Below, in pieces: positions 26,100-40,282 of a stretch of 64,000 bases of DNA. Position numbers and translations under genes: made by a program. How positions within the stretch are numbered: the stretch's first letter is position 1; each line of letters opens with the position of its first letter. Under the pieces are notes generated by a model, which saw only the letters and a program-made list of their open reading frames with translations, had not been told where the DNA came from and did no database searches. The DNA comes from Octopus vulgaris. Lineage: Eukaryota. The stretch is taken from positions 161,448,001 through 161,512,000 of the forward strand of contig OX597814.1 in assembly GCA_951406725.2 (NCBI GenBank). Direction: 5' to 3'.

Positions 26100-27330
26100 G
26101 ACTGAATAATCCTCTCACACTGCTACATTTTCAATGAACCCACCCAATGCATATAGTACATTTAATGGAATTCAATCCAACATTCTTCCTACTCACTGAA
26201 CATAGCCATTTCCATGTTTTGTTTTTTTCTACCTTACCACATGTTTACTATTTTTTATTACCTTCTTCCTTCTAATATTCACTACATTCCTTCCACTTAT
26301 TCTGCTTCTCCCGCAATCCATTCATACACTCTGCTATGCATATCAGATCATCTGCATCCAGCAAGCTCTCATGGTAAATCCCCTCTTTGCTTCAAACCAG
26401 CACCTCTATCACAACTACATATAATAGTAACAGGCTAAGTACTGACCACAGTGCACTCCAACATTCATTTCAAACTCATCACTGTCCCCATGCTTTATCT
26501 TTACAACTGGTTCGCCAGTCCTCAGTCAAATTGTCCAACCCATGCTAGCATGGAAAGCGGACGTTAAATAATGATGATGATGATGTATCCTTTCTCTTAT
26601 GTATTGATATCACTACTTTTCATTACCCATGCCAACCTTTCATGTGGAACCCTACCAAAAACTTTCTCCAGATCAACAAACCCAAAACAATTTCCTCTTG
26701 TCCCTGCATTTCTCTTGTAACTCCCTTACAATAAAAATTGCTTGAGTTGTTCCTCTTCCTAACAAAAATCCAAATAGTATGACACTGATGTTCATTTTTT
26801 CTTTATTCTTTTCTAAAACTTTCTATCCAACTCCTTTCCATCCCTCAATAACTTTATTGTCCTATAAGGGGATGGTTTTACTCTTATAGAGAGATAAGTG
26901 AAAGTATTCAACCTCCAATCTTCTGTAATAAGGTCTTCTTTCACCAACAATCCACAAATCTCAGTCATTTTCTTCAAAATCTTTCACATCAACTCTTGAC
27001 CTTCCTCTTTTTGTACTATTCATTACACTTATTTCCTCAACTTTTTTCTCAGTTACCTCTTATGCCTGTCCTAGAATTACATTGTTTTCTATATTGCCAT
27101 TCCATTAATTCTCCACATACTCCTTTCACATTTCCTCACTTCTCTCTAGATCCAGAATAATAGTAGCTCATTCATCTCTCTCCCTCTTTTTTTAACTGCT
27201 TCTCATTTTTAAACACCACACTTTTACCCACCTTTGAATCTATCTGTTCTTCAAATGTTTTTCTATGTGCAATCTGCATCTTTGCTTCATCTTACTCTGA
27301 ATACCAAACATAATAAAGATGTCTTTTCCT
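26100..27330 (-). mobile_element. Decayed RTE LINE reverse transcriptase fragment
   Basis: Minus-strand relics in correct order: FGF..GRGTT (about 26750-26780), GFVDLEKVFGRVPH (about 26640-26683), LLDADDL (about 26343-26367). Confidence 0.75.
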
Positions 27331-27668
27331 TATTTCCAGTAGCAAGTAATAAATGAAACATTTACACCAACTTCTGCAAGAAAGCAGCTCATAAAGAGTT
27401 GTTGAATTGAAATTCAGCTTTACCAACAAGTGTTAAATCTTTGTACATGTATAAGACGAATCACAATAAAAATACAGTAACAGATGATAAGATTGCCAAT
27501 TTAAAAGTTCCCATACCTAATGAGGAACCAAAGTATTTGAGGAAAAGAATAAGGAAAGATTAGTGACCTTATACAGATGACATTGTAGTTTCCAAATGTC
27601 ACATGTGCCAGTTTAGCCAATCAAAGACTAGTTATGTGTGAGCCATTTTTAGCTATCTAAATGGAAAT

Positions 27669-28776
27669 AAAACTGCTGTCTCTTTCTGACTTTCTCTTTG
27701 TTGTCAGTGACAGCCATGGATAAGCTTTGTCAGTTTATTCTCTGCTTCATTTAAGTAGCAGTTTGTATTATGTCTCTAAGTCTCTTTCCCATCCCTAGCT
27801 ATTGGTAACATGTTTTGCTTTACTTTACTCTTTTGCTACATACTAACTTCATTCTTGGCTTAGCTTCTAAAAAATAATTTTTACCAGTTTTAAAAACAAG
27901 TATGTTTTTTATTTGCTACTGCCATTACCTACTTGTAAACACCTTGACTTTGTAAACAAGAAAATATGTATGTACATTTCTGTAACACGTTCAGTTGACT
28001 TTATGAAATATGCAAACAAGTATTGAATATTTTTTATAACCCTTCTCTTACAGCACAAATTATCTAACTGACATATGTAAGCACATTTTTATTTGCACTT
28101 TAATGTAAACTTCACCTTGGATTGATGATGCAGATTGAAATGTTATATTTGATGTTAAATATCTGTGTTGTTTTAAACCTGTACTCAAAAACTAAGTGCC
28201 ATTCATGAGCTTATTGAATTATGCTCAGTGGCATAGTATGGGCTTGGCTACAGAAATAGTTAACCTGGGTACAAAAATTCAATAGCTAAAAATAAAAAAA
28301 GTGATACTAAAAAAAAAATAACATGCCCTCCCCACGATACTTGCCTTGTCCTGAACACTAGTGTCCCATGCTATGCTACTGATTATTCTATCAACAACAT
28401 CAGAAGAGGTTTATTTGTTTTGTCTAGTATTAAATAAAAAAAGAGAAGAAAATATTGCATGTAATTCATTATTATTTTTATTTCTCTGCAAATATAATTT
28501 GCTTGCTAAGTCCAGTGCATACAAACAGATAATGGGTTGTAACTAATAGAACATGTATGCATTTTAAAAACTGGTATTAGTTATTTTGTCAAAGCCAAGC
28601 CACAAGTAAAGTTAATGGCAAACAGAGAGTAAAGTAAAATGAGGTAGGTTACTCATGACTGCATATGATAGGAAAGAGAAATAAAGTGAAAAAGTTAACT
28701 GTGCGAGGGAGTCAAATAACAGAGCTTCTGATTGTTGGAGACAAGAATGAGAAAGTTAGAAATAGACAGTAGTTTT
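27669..28776. repeat. Decayed palindrome / fold-back element of about 1.1 kb
   Basis: Paired blocks: AAAACTGCTGTCTCTTTCTGACTTTCTC vs GAGAAAGTTAGAAATAGACAGTAGTTTT, TTTACTTTACTC vs GAGTAAAGTAAA, CTTGGCTT vs AAGCCAAG, TACCAGTTTTAAAA vs TTTTAAAAACTGGTA. Confidence 0.75.
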
Positions 28777-30634
28777 CATTTGTTCATCAGTTCATTCAAT
28801 CACCAAGGCACACATTGCTTCAGCTGGAGAAACCCCTCTCTTGACTCTACCTAACATCATCTTTGACAATTTGGCTTAGTTGTCACACTATGTCAGTAGG
28901 TTGGTGAGGGTAATTTTTGGGTGCTTTTGACACAAAATGAATGAAACTGGAACAAGTACTGGAGCACATTGGATCCAATATTCTTATAGCATTACCATGC
29001 ACCTCACTGGATTGGTACTTTCTTATTGACCTTGAAAGGATGAAAGGTAAAGTTAACCTTAGCAGGATTTGATCTCAGAACACAGAGTATCAGTGCAAAT
29101 ATTGAAAAGAATTCTACCTGATATTCAAATGACTCAGTAAATTTGCCACCATTATAGCAGTTTTACTTCAATATAAATTATGTATTTATAAAAAAAACAA
29201 TGGCTCACAGAATACTTGTCTCTAATTAGATAAAACACACTTGACAATAGTGAAACTAAAATATCACTTGCCTCGGTAATACTTGCTATTTCAGAGTCCT
29301 AATCTAAGTGAATATATGACCAATGCCATTAGATCTACAGCATGAAGGGTGGTGGTGGTTAATGAATGGTTAATATTTTGTATTCATTTAGAACCTTGCC
29401 TAATAACTTACTTATTTGAAAAATCGGCTTGCAATCCCTGCAGAATTAGCACACTATCAAAATATCTAATTAAAAATGTCACCAATGCTATAAAGCTTAA
29501 GCATTAAACTCCATCAAATATATTGAATATAACAAGATTTATATAGAGAGTGCTATCTACCAGTTTCATCTAAGAGCACAGAAATATGATAAAGATATAT
29601 TGATGCCTGCTAGACTATAGAAGTTATGGTTTCTGTCAAGACCTTCTATAGTAACATGAATAATTTGTGTATTAAAGAAGTTATACTCTTTAGGTATTTA
29701 CAACAACAAATTAACAATCACAAGGAACTTTTTGATAATCAGAAATTTAAATGTCACACTCTGGCCATCTTTTCTGAAGTCTGCAAACTCTTAAAAGTAG
29801 TTGGTTAATTCATATTTAAAAGTCCTAAAGTAAACATATGCACAATTTCTGAGAGCAACTACAAATCTATAAAAGGCACCACCAAAAAAAATTTCTACTC
29901 AAAAATATTATGTCATCAACAGAAGCAGAAATTATATGCTAGATTAAAAAGGCCCAAATTCCCTGACCATCAGCGAATGTATGATACAGTTCCAAACAGT
30001 AAATATTTGATGAAACTTTTTCTTTAATCTTTGCAATTGTTTCAAAATTATCAAATGCAAGGATGAATTCTCACTTATACTGGCAGAGCCAACCATGAAT
30101 ATGAATGATTAATCTACATTTATTAACAGATGACCAGTTCTGAATGTTTAATTTTTGAGTGAGTGGCTCTTTGATGGTTTGCAAATGTTGACAACAGCTG
30201 AACATTTTGACACATAGTGAAGAATATTAAGAAATGAGTATAACAAATCAGTGGAGAATGTCGGTGCCTAATGAATCTGAAATATGACATTAAATGAATG
30301 GGGAAATTAACACAGCAGAAAATGTTGAATCCATTAACCGAGTAAAAGCATTGAGATTTCATACAACTGCTCAAAGCAGAGACACCAACTCTGTTCCCTA
30401 TATATCATATTGATCTTGAACCATTTCACATTATGGTAAATTCTATCAATATTTATTTTAAACTATAAATACAAATTAGTGCCACAAAGAAGTTTAATGT
30501 TGGCACAAGATAAATAAATAAATAAAATACATTATAACTGAACATGTTTTATTAAAAAAAAATGATTTACCATAAGAAGATGGATTAAAATAATTTATAC
30601 AAGTTTTTTAAAACTAAGTCTGAAAGTTATTGAT

Positions 30635-30845
30635 TTCAAATTCTGGCACAAAGCCAGCAATTTTAGGGGAGGGATAAGTCAATTACATCAACCCCAGTGT
30701 TCAACTGGTACTTATTCTATTGACCCCAAAAAGATAAAAGGCAAAGTTGACCTCAATAGAGTTTGAACTCAGACCATAAAGATGGATGAAAAATGACTAA
30801 GCTTTTGCTTGGCATGCTAACAGTTCTACCAGCTTGCTGCCTTAA
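30635..30845 (-). mobile_element. SINE family B
   Basis: Reverse complement of the AAGGC.GC.AGCTGG...GAGTTCAAA...CTTTGCCTTT.ATC pattern. Confidence 0.75.
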
Positions 30846-32390
30846 GTTTCAAAATTATAGAAAATATGTTATTTTGCCTGTAATAATTGATCAAGTCCAG
30901 TTGGACACAGCTGTGTTTATGGAAAAATGAAGATTACTTGAGGTATTCCACAAATCCAACTGGTAGAGAGAACACTGTGACAGAAATACATCAAGTGCGA
31001 TCAAGCTTACTGGAAGTTTTGACTATGAAGTTTGTTTTGAATCAAAAATCTTTATCAGTATTTGTTTCTGTTCTGTTTATTTTATTTTATTTTTTTTGAC
31101 AAGCCAATATTTAGAATCATTCAGTCTAGACTGGATTATTAGATTAAAGCAATATTTCCACTCTGTTCAGTTTGTCACAGATATATGTCACTGATAAGTT
31201 AACTTCAAATTCAATTCAGTTTGATTGCCAGAAGTAATTTACCAATCAGTTTGGAATGACTGCTAGAATTCCAGCTGTGTCTTGCTTTAGTTTTATTCCA
31301 AACAGACCTATGATGAAAGGTATTCCAACTGTGATAATTCCATCTTCTGGAGCATATCTAAACTACGTTTTTAATGTACCCACCCCATTTTTTTTATAAA
31401 AAAAAGAAGATATGATGGAATTTAAGGGAGATTTTGCTGCTATTTCTTGTAAGCTGAATGACCAGATAGAAACTTCCTAGTTAGCTGAAGAATCAATATG
31501 TTTGAGAGCTTGGTGCCACCATATGGTAGTGATTTTTGATGAGCTCATGCTGAGATTGGTTCAACATCTGGTGTCTCCTTTCCAACAAATAGCTAATCCC
31601 ACATTTTGACTTTAAACAAAGAGGCATCTGATTAATTTCTGTTTGTCTTCTTGATTAAACCAAATGTTGCAAAATTACTAAACAAATTCATGGCACACCT
31701 GAAGGAGGGTATGATTGCTGCTACTAGTCACTAACACAAGAGTATCTATGATAATTTCATACCATCAGAAGGCCCATTAACATCTTGAAGAATGTTAATC
31801 CACTAGCAACCTCTTTCAGTGACATTTCACCTGACAGGTCACTAAATTAAGGTAATATTATTGGAAGTTCCATTAAAAACAATTCTATCACATACTGTGT
31901 TATTGTTCCAAAATACCAACATCTAGATCTGTAAGTTGTTTTAAAAATTTTACATTATATTCATTTAAATTTTGAAAATTTTGATTATCTTGTCATTTGT
32001 TTTGTTCTACCAACATCAGGCAAAGTAAAAAAATATTTAGGACACCTTTTCTAGAACTCAGAATTAATGAGAAACTGGATTTGTTTCAATATGGGCTGCT
32101 AAATCTGAAACATTTCTTTTTCTACATAAATGGAGGAAAAGAAGCCTCAATGTAGTTACTTAATCTGCTAAAAATAGAGCAAAATATCATGCAAACTGTA
32201 TTTTAAAAGATTGAAAGAACACATTAGATATTGTAGCAATACACAGCCCTAAAAAAGTGGGGATGTCATAACTGAAATATCTTTGATCACAAATGTGACC
32301 AAGACCAATTTGGAGCTCAACAACCACAATGAAATTAAGAAGTTCATATTTAGAATGAGATGACAGGAAGCTGTACCAATCTAGATTACT

Positions 32391-32612
32391 TATTTATTTA
32401 TTGCCCACAAGGAGCTAAACATAGAGGGGACAAACAAGGACAGACAAAGGGATTAAGTCAATTACATCGACCCCAGTGCATAACTGGTACTTAATTTATC
32501 GATCCCGGAAGGATGAAAGGCAAAGTCAACCTCAGTGAAATTTGAACTCAGAACATAAAGACAGAAGAAATACTGCTAAGCATTTCACCCGGTGTGCTAA
32601 CGCTTCTGCCAG
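32391..32612 (-). mobile_element. SINE family B with 10-bp target-site duplication
   Basis: CTAGATTACT at 32381-32390 and 32613-32622. Confidence 0.88.
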
Positions 32613-33329
32613 CTAGATTACTGATAGACTGAACAATTACATTGGATTTACAAAACACACAACCTTTGATTAATAATTCTTTCTAATTTCAGCACAAGGC
32701 CAGCAATTTTAAGTGGAGGTGGTTAATCAATTACATCGACTCTAGTGCTGAACTGGTGCTTCTTTTATTTACCTCTAAAGGATTAAAAGCAAAGTTGGTG
32801 GAATTTGAATAGAAACTTCCAATTGTAGAATATAATAAGAATAAATATGGTGACTCACATTACTTGACTTATTCCGAAAAACAACCCTCTTCAATTTGAA
32901 TTATCCAGAGATGATAAAAAATATATCTTTGTATAAGTTCTAACTTCAAAAGCCCACATCCCTTCCTAGGCAGAATTGTAGAATTGTTAATGTTGGATAA
33001 AATGCCTTGTGGTGTTTAGTTACAGCTCTTTACATTACGAATTCAAATCCTGCCAAGGCCACACATTGCCTTCCACCCTTCTGGTGTTGATAAAACAAAG
33101 TATTGCTCAAGTACTGGAGTTGATATAATCAACTATTCTTTTTCTTCAAATTTCAGGTCTTTGTGCCTATGTTACAAATAGGCACAATCTATGTAATAAT
33201 TCATGCTAGATTATTACAGGGACAGGACCATGGAAAAAATGGTAGAGGCTGGGATTAAATTTCAGAATTGTACATGTTTAACAAGTGACTTTATCTGAGA
33301 TCATGGTGTTGAAACTTACTTATGTTATA

Positions 33330-33630
33330 TGGAAGGCATGGGACGAAGGGGTGAGAAAGGATCTACAAATGTTGGGAGCCACAGAGAAGATGACAGGGGA
33401 CTGAGACTCCTGGCTGTTTGCTGCACTTCAAAAGACACATCAAGCTAAGTAAAAGCTGTAAAGTGGCTGGTGTTAGGAAGGGCATCCAGTCATAGAAATC
33501 ATACCAAAACAGACATGGAGCTTAAACAGGCCTTCAGCTGGTCAGCTTCTGTCAAACCGTCCAACCCATGCCAGCATGGAAAACGGACGTATGATGATGA
33601 TGATGATGATGATGATGGTGATGATGATTC
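33330..33630 (+). mobile_element. RTE-type 3' end (family C)
   Basis: GGTGTTAGGAAGGGCATCCAG...AACCCATGCCAGCATGGAAAACGGACG(GAT)n. Confidence 0.75.
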
Positions 33631-35659
33631 ACTTCAAGACCCAATACTCAAAATGATTTTATATATAAAGTGTTAAATGCAATTCTCATCTATTGAGTGT
33701 AATAGCTACAATAAGTTCCTTATTATCTTAAGATGGCTAAAAGGGACCTTCCACAAAGTAATTTGCTAGATTAAGTGTCTTTTAGTTGTTTAGATACATC
33801 TCTTTGCATTCTGAATTTAAATCCTATTGGGGTTGACTTCACACTTCATCCTTCCTATAATATATATCAGAAATGTATCAGGTTCATTCAGTCTTCTATA
33901 TTCCCTCTGCTACAATTATGAGGCTTTGTACTAATAAGAGATATTATCATCATTATCATATTTATGTTAAAGTATAGGCATCAATATTTTGAAGTTTGTA
34001 AGTTTAGATAAGTTTGTAAACTATCACATTATAAACATATTCCTTTTATATCAAAGCAAAACACCACCAGTTACTTCAGAGTCTGAGTTTTTTTTAGTAT
34101 TAGATATTTCCTTTATTAAGTACCACAAAAAAAAAGGCTTTTTGGGTGCATTCTAACAACATTAAAACTACCAAAGAACATGCTGTTATATGTACACAAA
34201 CACAAAGAATATATACTCATCATCTTCATCATCATAAGATTAATCAATAATGTAAAACACCCTATAACTATCTCTCTCTCTCTTTTACACACACACACAC
34301 AGATACATAAATGCACACATATAGATATCTTTATATTTGTATTAAGAACCCTCTAGAAAAAAAAAAGCATTGAAACCACTTTAGCTCCAAAACTCAATAG
34401 CAGAAGATTTTTTTATCTCTCACTTTATTTTTATCCTTCTGGTTGCCATAACCAAATGCTATTGAAATAAAACAAAATAAAATAAGCTTTAGAAATATCA
34501 GCAAATTATTACAATTTTCTATTTTATTTTTCACAGCTTCTATTGATTTCACTAGCAGTGTATGCTTCTGACCTTTATTTAACAAGATGATAAGAGGTGT
34601 AATACCTTTCTATCATATAGAAGAGAGACAGGAGAAAACCACGGAATTCATAAATAAAATGGGAATATATATCTAACAGTTATAGGAATAGACTAGGAAA
34701 TAGCTCCAACTTACAGCTTGCACTATAGAATTTAGCAATTTCCAACTAAGTATTCCAGGAGAACAACAAGTTCTCCCCCCTTCTCTCCACCATCCCCACT
34801 GCTGACAGCCGAACGGTGTGATGTTTATTTGATTACAAGACATGAACATTATTATGACTTACAGACAACACATTTGATCAGTTCCTGTTATCAAATTACT
34901 AGCTGTAAGCAATATCAAGATTTAGATGTAATATATTAATGAATACTTTCAACTAATCATATTTCCTACCTGAATTCCTGACAGAACCACTAACACCTAA
35001 AACTGATGTTCTTTCTTCCTCATCACTATTTAGCTATTACACACACACAAAACATCAATGACAGTAATTACTGGACTATTTCAGCTCCTCTTATCCCCTG
35101 CCCCCCACCAACACAAACACCACCAACATGGAATAAACTGGCATACTGCATAAATTGCACATAAATTGCATTAAAGGTATACAGTTGCTATATATTTTTA
35201 GAGAAACCCATTTATTGTTTGTTTACTTTTCTATAAAGCTCATTGTTGTATTATAAATTTCATGATAAAATTATCATATGAATAAATAAGCGTACATGTT
35301 AACTAACACATTCACAGGTATGTCAACATACCTACATATGTATGTGTGTGAGTGTGTGTGCATGCATATGTGTGTATGAATATAAGCTACATCTATTATT
35401 TATAAATATGTGTATTCACTTTTAATAAATATTCTGAACTGCGTTATTAGATATTTGTTTATGTATTTTGTTTTCTGTATTTTATCTGGATACTATTCGG
35501 TATTGTGTCTACAACATGTGATTAGTGATTATGTGTGATTAGTGCTGCTATTCTAATGTAATACAAGAACAATTAGTTTCAGTCGATAAAACAGGCTTCA
35601 GATACATATTCATTGCCTTGACCACTTTTAGCAGTGTTTGGATGAACATGGTTAAAGTA

Positions 35660-36260
35660 GATAGGATATAGAGAAATCAGTCTTGAAAGAAACAAGGTTA
35701 AGAAAAACAGGGTTGAAAGAAACCAGATGAAGGAAATCAAGGTTATGAAAAACATGGTTTAAGGGAATAAGATTAGGAGAAATAGGGTAAAAGAAACAGA
35801 GTTAAGAAACACAATATTAAAGGAAATATGGGTTTAAGAAACATGATTAAGGAAACCAGGATTAAGTAAAACAAGGTTAAGGAAATTAGGGTTAAGAAAA
35901 ACATAGTTTAAGGGAATAAGATTAAAAATAATAGGGTAAGGTAAAGAAAAAAGAAAAACAGAGTTAAGGACATCAGGGTTAAGAAACACAAGATTTAAGA
36001 AAAAAACAGGGTTGAAAAAAACAGGATTAAGGAAACCAATGTTAAGAAAAATAGGGTTAAGAAAAGTATGGTTTAAGGGAATAGTTTTAAAAATAAAAGG
36101 GTAAAAAAAGAAAAAAAAAAACAGAACTAAAGACACCAAGGTTAAGAAAGAACAAGATTAAGGGAAATGGGTTTAAAAAAATAGGGTTGAAAGAAACATA
36201 GCTATAGGAAACGTGTTAAGGGAAACAGAGTTTAAAGAAAACAGAGTGGTGGAAAAAAAA
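35660..36260. repeat. Degenerate tandem array with about 15-bp period (AAGGAAACAGGGTT-like)
   Basis: Recurring TTAAG(G/A)AAA...GG spacing; the minus-strand ORF shows 5-aa FLNPV periodicity. Confidence 0.8.
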
Positions 36261-38159
36261 TTACGTTTAAAAAAAAAAGTAAAGATTTCTAAGTGAAGTG
36301 TTATAAGGAATGTGAAGCAACATGTTGTGGAGTTCATGCCTTTACTTGAAGCATTGGTGATGAAAATAGTACTGAAAGGGAAACAAACTAGGTCAGATAT
36401 TCCATTTCCCAAGAATGTAGAAATGATATTTCTGTTCATCAGGTGAGAAGGGAATAAAAAATGTCATGATTTGATTCCAACTGGGTGTGTTTACCTATTT
36501 TCCAACTTAAAGCTTTCTATTGATTTTCTTTGAACACTCAAGTAAACACACTGCCATCAATGCTGTCATTATTATCATTACACCCCCACTATCATCATCA
36601 TCATCATCATTATTATCATCCCCCACCCCACCATCATCATCATCATTGCTGTGTTTCTTTTTGTCTAGGTACAAAGCATTTTTGAAATGTGGAGAATAGA
36701 TGTAGTTAATTTCATTTCACTATACATTAGTACTTTATCACCCATAGAGAGATGAAAAGAACAAAGAAATCAATCTTGGCATGATCTGAACTTAAATATA
36801 TGATTCCCCAAACAACACATTGTAAAGCATCTTCATAGGCTCCATGCTATATATATATATATATATATAGCAGCTTCAATGTCTGATTCTCATTCCTACC
36901 ACGACCATCATTAGTTTACCATTATTTAGCATAAGTTGAACAGACATGCACAATAAAATACCTCCATACATTATTTTCCCATCTAACATTGGTTGCAGAT
37001 ACTAATTATAACTATACCAACCTAGGGCACTCTTGGTTTACTTCTACACCTATCGCCTGTAAACATAATGCTAAACATGCATCATCCATTTGTAGCTATT
37101 TCCCTTCCAAACAATGAATAATACATAAAATTCCTACTGTGACTCTCAGCTTATTTGCACCTAAAACTATCTTTCAAGTTTACATTACATCTAACAAACT
37201 ATAATTAACTCCTTTGAAGTTGGTTCAGTAACTCCCTCTATGCTGCTCTTGTTCATGCAACCAGACTTCCACATAAAAAAAAAAAGCCCCAAATCTTTAC
37301 CACTAGTAAAGATAATAATTGTTCCTTAATTATACTAACATCTTTGCACACTTATCTTCAGAACTAATTAAAGTAATAAGGAAATTAGATTAGTTCATTC
37401 ATAGACTGGCTCCACAATCTGTCATGAAACAATGTAGCTGGAATCTTTCTAAGCCTTATCTATATTTTGAGAAGTTTTGAGAATTTTATTGTCAACTTGG
37501 TTAATTCTGTTTTCACTAACAGCACATGATTGCCATGAACATAGAGTTCTGAATATTCTTGTGATGGCAACCATAACAAGAAAATATAGTTAAAATTGTC
37601 CTTAGGAAATAAATTCTTAATCTTCTCACCTTTATTTGGCCAGAAAACATTTAGATAAGAATCACTCTTTAATAGATCTATAGTCTAATCACACATATTT
37701 CTGTCTAAACTGAATAAATATACTTCACTTTGGTTCTTCTCCTATATCTCTTTAATAAATCAAGTGATGAACTATTTCATATATGCAAGTGTGTATGTAC
37801 CTGTGCATACATGAACTTATGAATAACCTTCAGGATTTCCCTTCGGTCAGTGATACAATTTCCCTTTTGACAGTTCACATACTGATTGTGAAGCTAAAGT
37901 TGCTGCAAGCAGTGGAAAAGCAGTTCATGCTCTGCTGCATCTTCCACCTTGATCTTGGCCTATAGACTCTGCAAGTTGAAGAGAGTCAGCCACCAGTCCT
38001 AGATCTGATTTTGATGCTGGTTTCATCATTGTTGCAGAAAGCATCCAACAGCATAGCTGGGAATATGCTGAACAGTGTAGGTTTAAGTACATAATCCTGC
38101 TTGACTCCATGGGGATGTGTCAGAAGAATTTCCACTGTCCAGTACTTGAATAAGCATGC

Positions 38160-38990
38160 TGTCATGGAAGTGTCACATTAGGCTGATGAATTTATTCAGG
38201 CAGCCAAAATTTCCCATGATCTTCCAAAGCCCTTCATGATTGTTCGAGGGGAAACCCTGAAGGTTGTTGATAAGTTAATGTACTTTGGCAGCACACTCTC
38301 CAGATCTGTGAACATTGATGATTAAGTTGACACATGCTTCATCAAAGGAAGTTCAGCACTTGAGCAGCTGCATGAGTCAGTGTGGGAGATGAGAGGTATT
38401 AGGCAGACCACTAAGTTGAAGGTGTGCCAAACAGTTGTACTGCATATGCTACTGTACCCCCTGCAAGACTTGGAGAGTTTGAGAACACCATGTCAAAAAG
38501 CTGAACCACTTCCATATGACCTGCTTGAAAAAGATGTTGAAAACCACCAAACAAAACAAGGTCCCAGACATGGAGGTCCTCTCTTAAGCTGATCTGCTGA
38601 GTATTTATACACTGCTGAGAAGAGCATAAGTCAGGTGGGCAGTCCACTTTGATCAACTGTGGGACACATGACTCACCAATAGATTTTTTTGTAGAAAACA
38701 GGTGGAAAGCAAGTGCATGCAAGGTAGACACTGAAGAGCTCTGAGATCAACCACAACACATGGGAAACACAAGCGCAAATTGCCCTGCCTGGTGAAGCTA
38801 CACCAACAGAGGTGCCACCTCCTTCAAACAGAACAGGATTGCATGGGCACAAAGAAAAGGTGAACTGTGCAAGTCTAGAGCCAACTCCTTGCCTTCAGTG
38901 TTAGTAGATCACCAGTACCTGACCTGTGTCACAGCATGACATACCTTGCCCTATCTTCTTCTCCCGTGTGATGTCCTTGGTCATTGTCGA
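38160..38990 (+). mobile_element. RTE (BovB-like) LINE 3' ORF relic
   Basis: LKVVDKLMYFGSTLSRSVNIDD, GIRQTTKLKVCQTVVLHMLLY and VPDMEVL match RTE C-terminal motifs; frameshifted. Confidence 0.8.
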
Positions 38991-40282
38991 CAATGATGAA
39001 TGAACTAACAATAATAACTGCATATATCTGTGTTTATGAGAGAGTAGAACTAAACAAAGCCAAATGTATATAGAATTAAAGAGAATTTGAATAAGGAGGG
39101 AAGAATTTGAATAAATGTAAGGTAGTTTTGCTTGAATTTCTGTTGATCTGCTGTAGCTTTAAATTATATTGTAAGTTCTGTTCATGTAAAATAAATTGAT
39201 AGATAGTATGTATCTATGGGAAATGGCAGATATGGAATACAAAATAGCTAAATACATAAAGCCTATAATAGTAGCTACAAGGGAGAAAGGAAAGATATTA
39301 CTATGATGTGGACAAGAAGCCACTGTCTACTACATAATTAATACTTTATCAATCACTTGAATAGCATTCATTTAGATACATTCATGAATGCTAGAGGTCA
39401 AAAATACGTAGTACCTCTCTTTCATAAGCAACATGCTTAGGGTTACATGTTATTTCAAAAACAACAACATTCTTTACACATAAAACACTAACAGGCGCCA
39501 TTCCTTCCATTTTCTCTTTATTCTCTGAAACGTAACTTTAACAAAATACAATGAACACTAATGTACAGTTACTATAGAGATGAATTATCTCTTTAAAAAA
39601 AAATGCATATATAATTAAATAAAATATAGCTACAAGTTATTCTCAGTTGAATGTAAAAATAATCTTTACAAAATGTTTTACTAAGTAGACTAAATTATTA
39701 GCAGTATTTTTTATAGCATTTAATTTTGTATTGATTCACCTTTATCTAAGGAGAAAGGGAAGACACCTGGCAGTATTCTTTGAAAGGTTACATCATAGAG
39801 CAGCTTGGGTTTCATAACAAAATTTTATAGAAATATTTTACATGTTGTTTCATTCATTTTCAATGTTCTTTAAACTGATTATATATAGCAGTGAATGATA
39901 ACAGTGACATTCCTGAATTAACCAGTAACTATGTAATTGTTAAACGCTACCCATTATTAGAAATTATTTATGGTAAACTCAATAATAGAAATACGAGGGA
40001 GATGAAAGTGATGAAACATCTGTTTTGAGATGGTGATAATAAAGAGGAAAATGAAAACGACTATGCTGCTGCTGCTGATGATGATGATGATTATGACAAT
40101 GATGATGATTGCTGATAATAATGAAGACAGTAAGAGTGATGATAATGTTAATTATGGCAATGATGATGATGATGATGATGATGATGATGTTGATGATAAT
40201 GATGATGATGATGATGATGATGATATGAAACTGGTAGTAATAATGATGTGTTGTGTTGTTTAGCGGCAGGTCAATTCTGATG

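Noticed and set aside
31512-31530. CTCF-like site TGCCACCATATGG
   Set aside because: Mismatches in the core and no supporting context
34960-35005. Micro-exon at the strong minus-strand donor CAG|gtagga
   Set aside because: Nearby acceptors give 8 or 20 nt (frameshift) or 27 nt with an in-frame stop
35660-36260. CRISPR-like array
   Set aside because: Eukaryotic context; degenerate tandem units without unique spacers
36290-36470. Helitron helicase relic next to the 15-bp array
   Set aside because: Only a faint LVCFPFSTI resemblance to the PxRxCFAMTI motif; not supportable by eye
23400-38000. Nested protein-coding gene in the repeat-poor part of the large intron
   Set aside because: No convincing ORF or chain of phase-compatible exons found on either strand; small exons could have been missed
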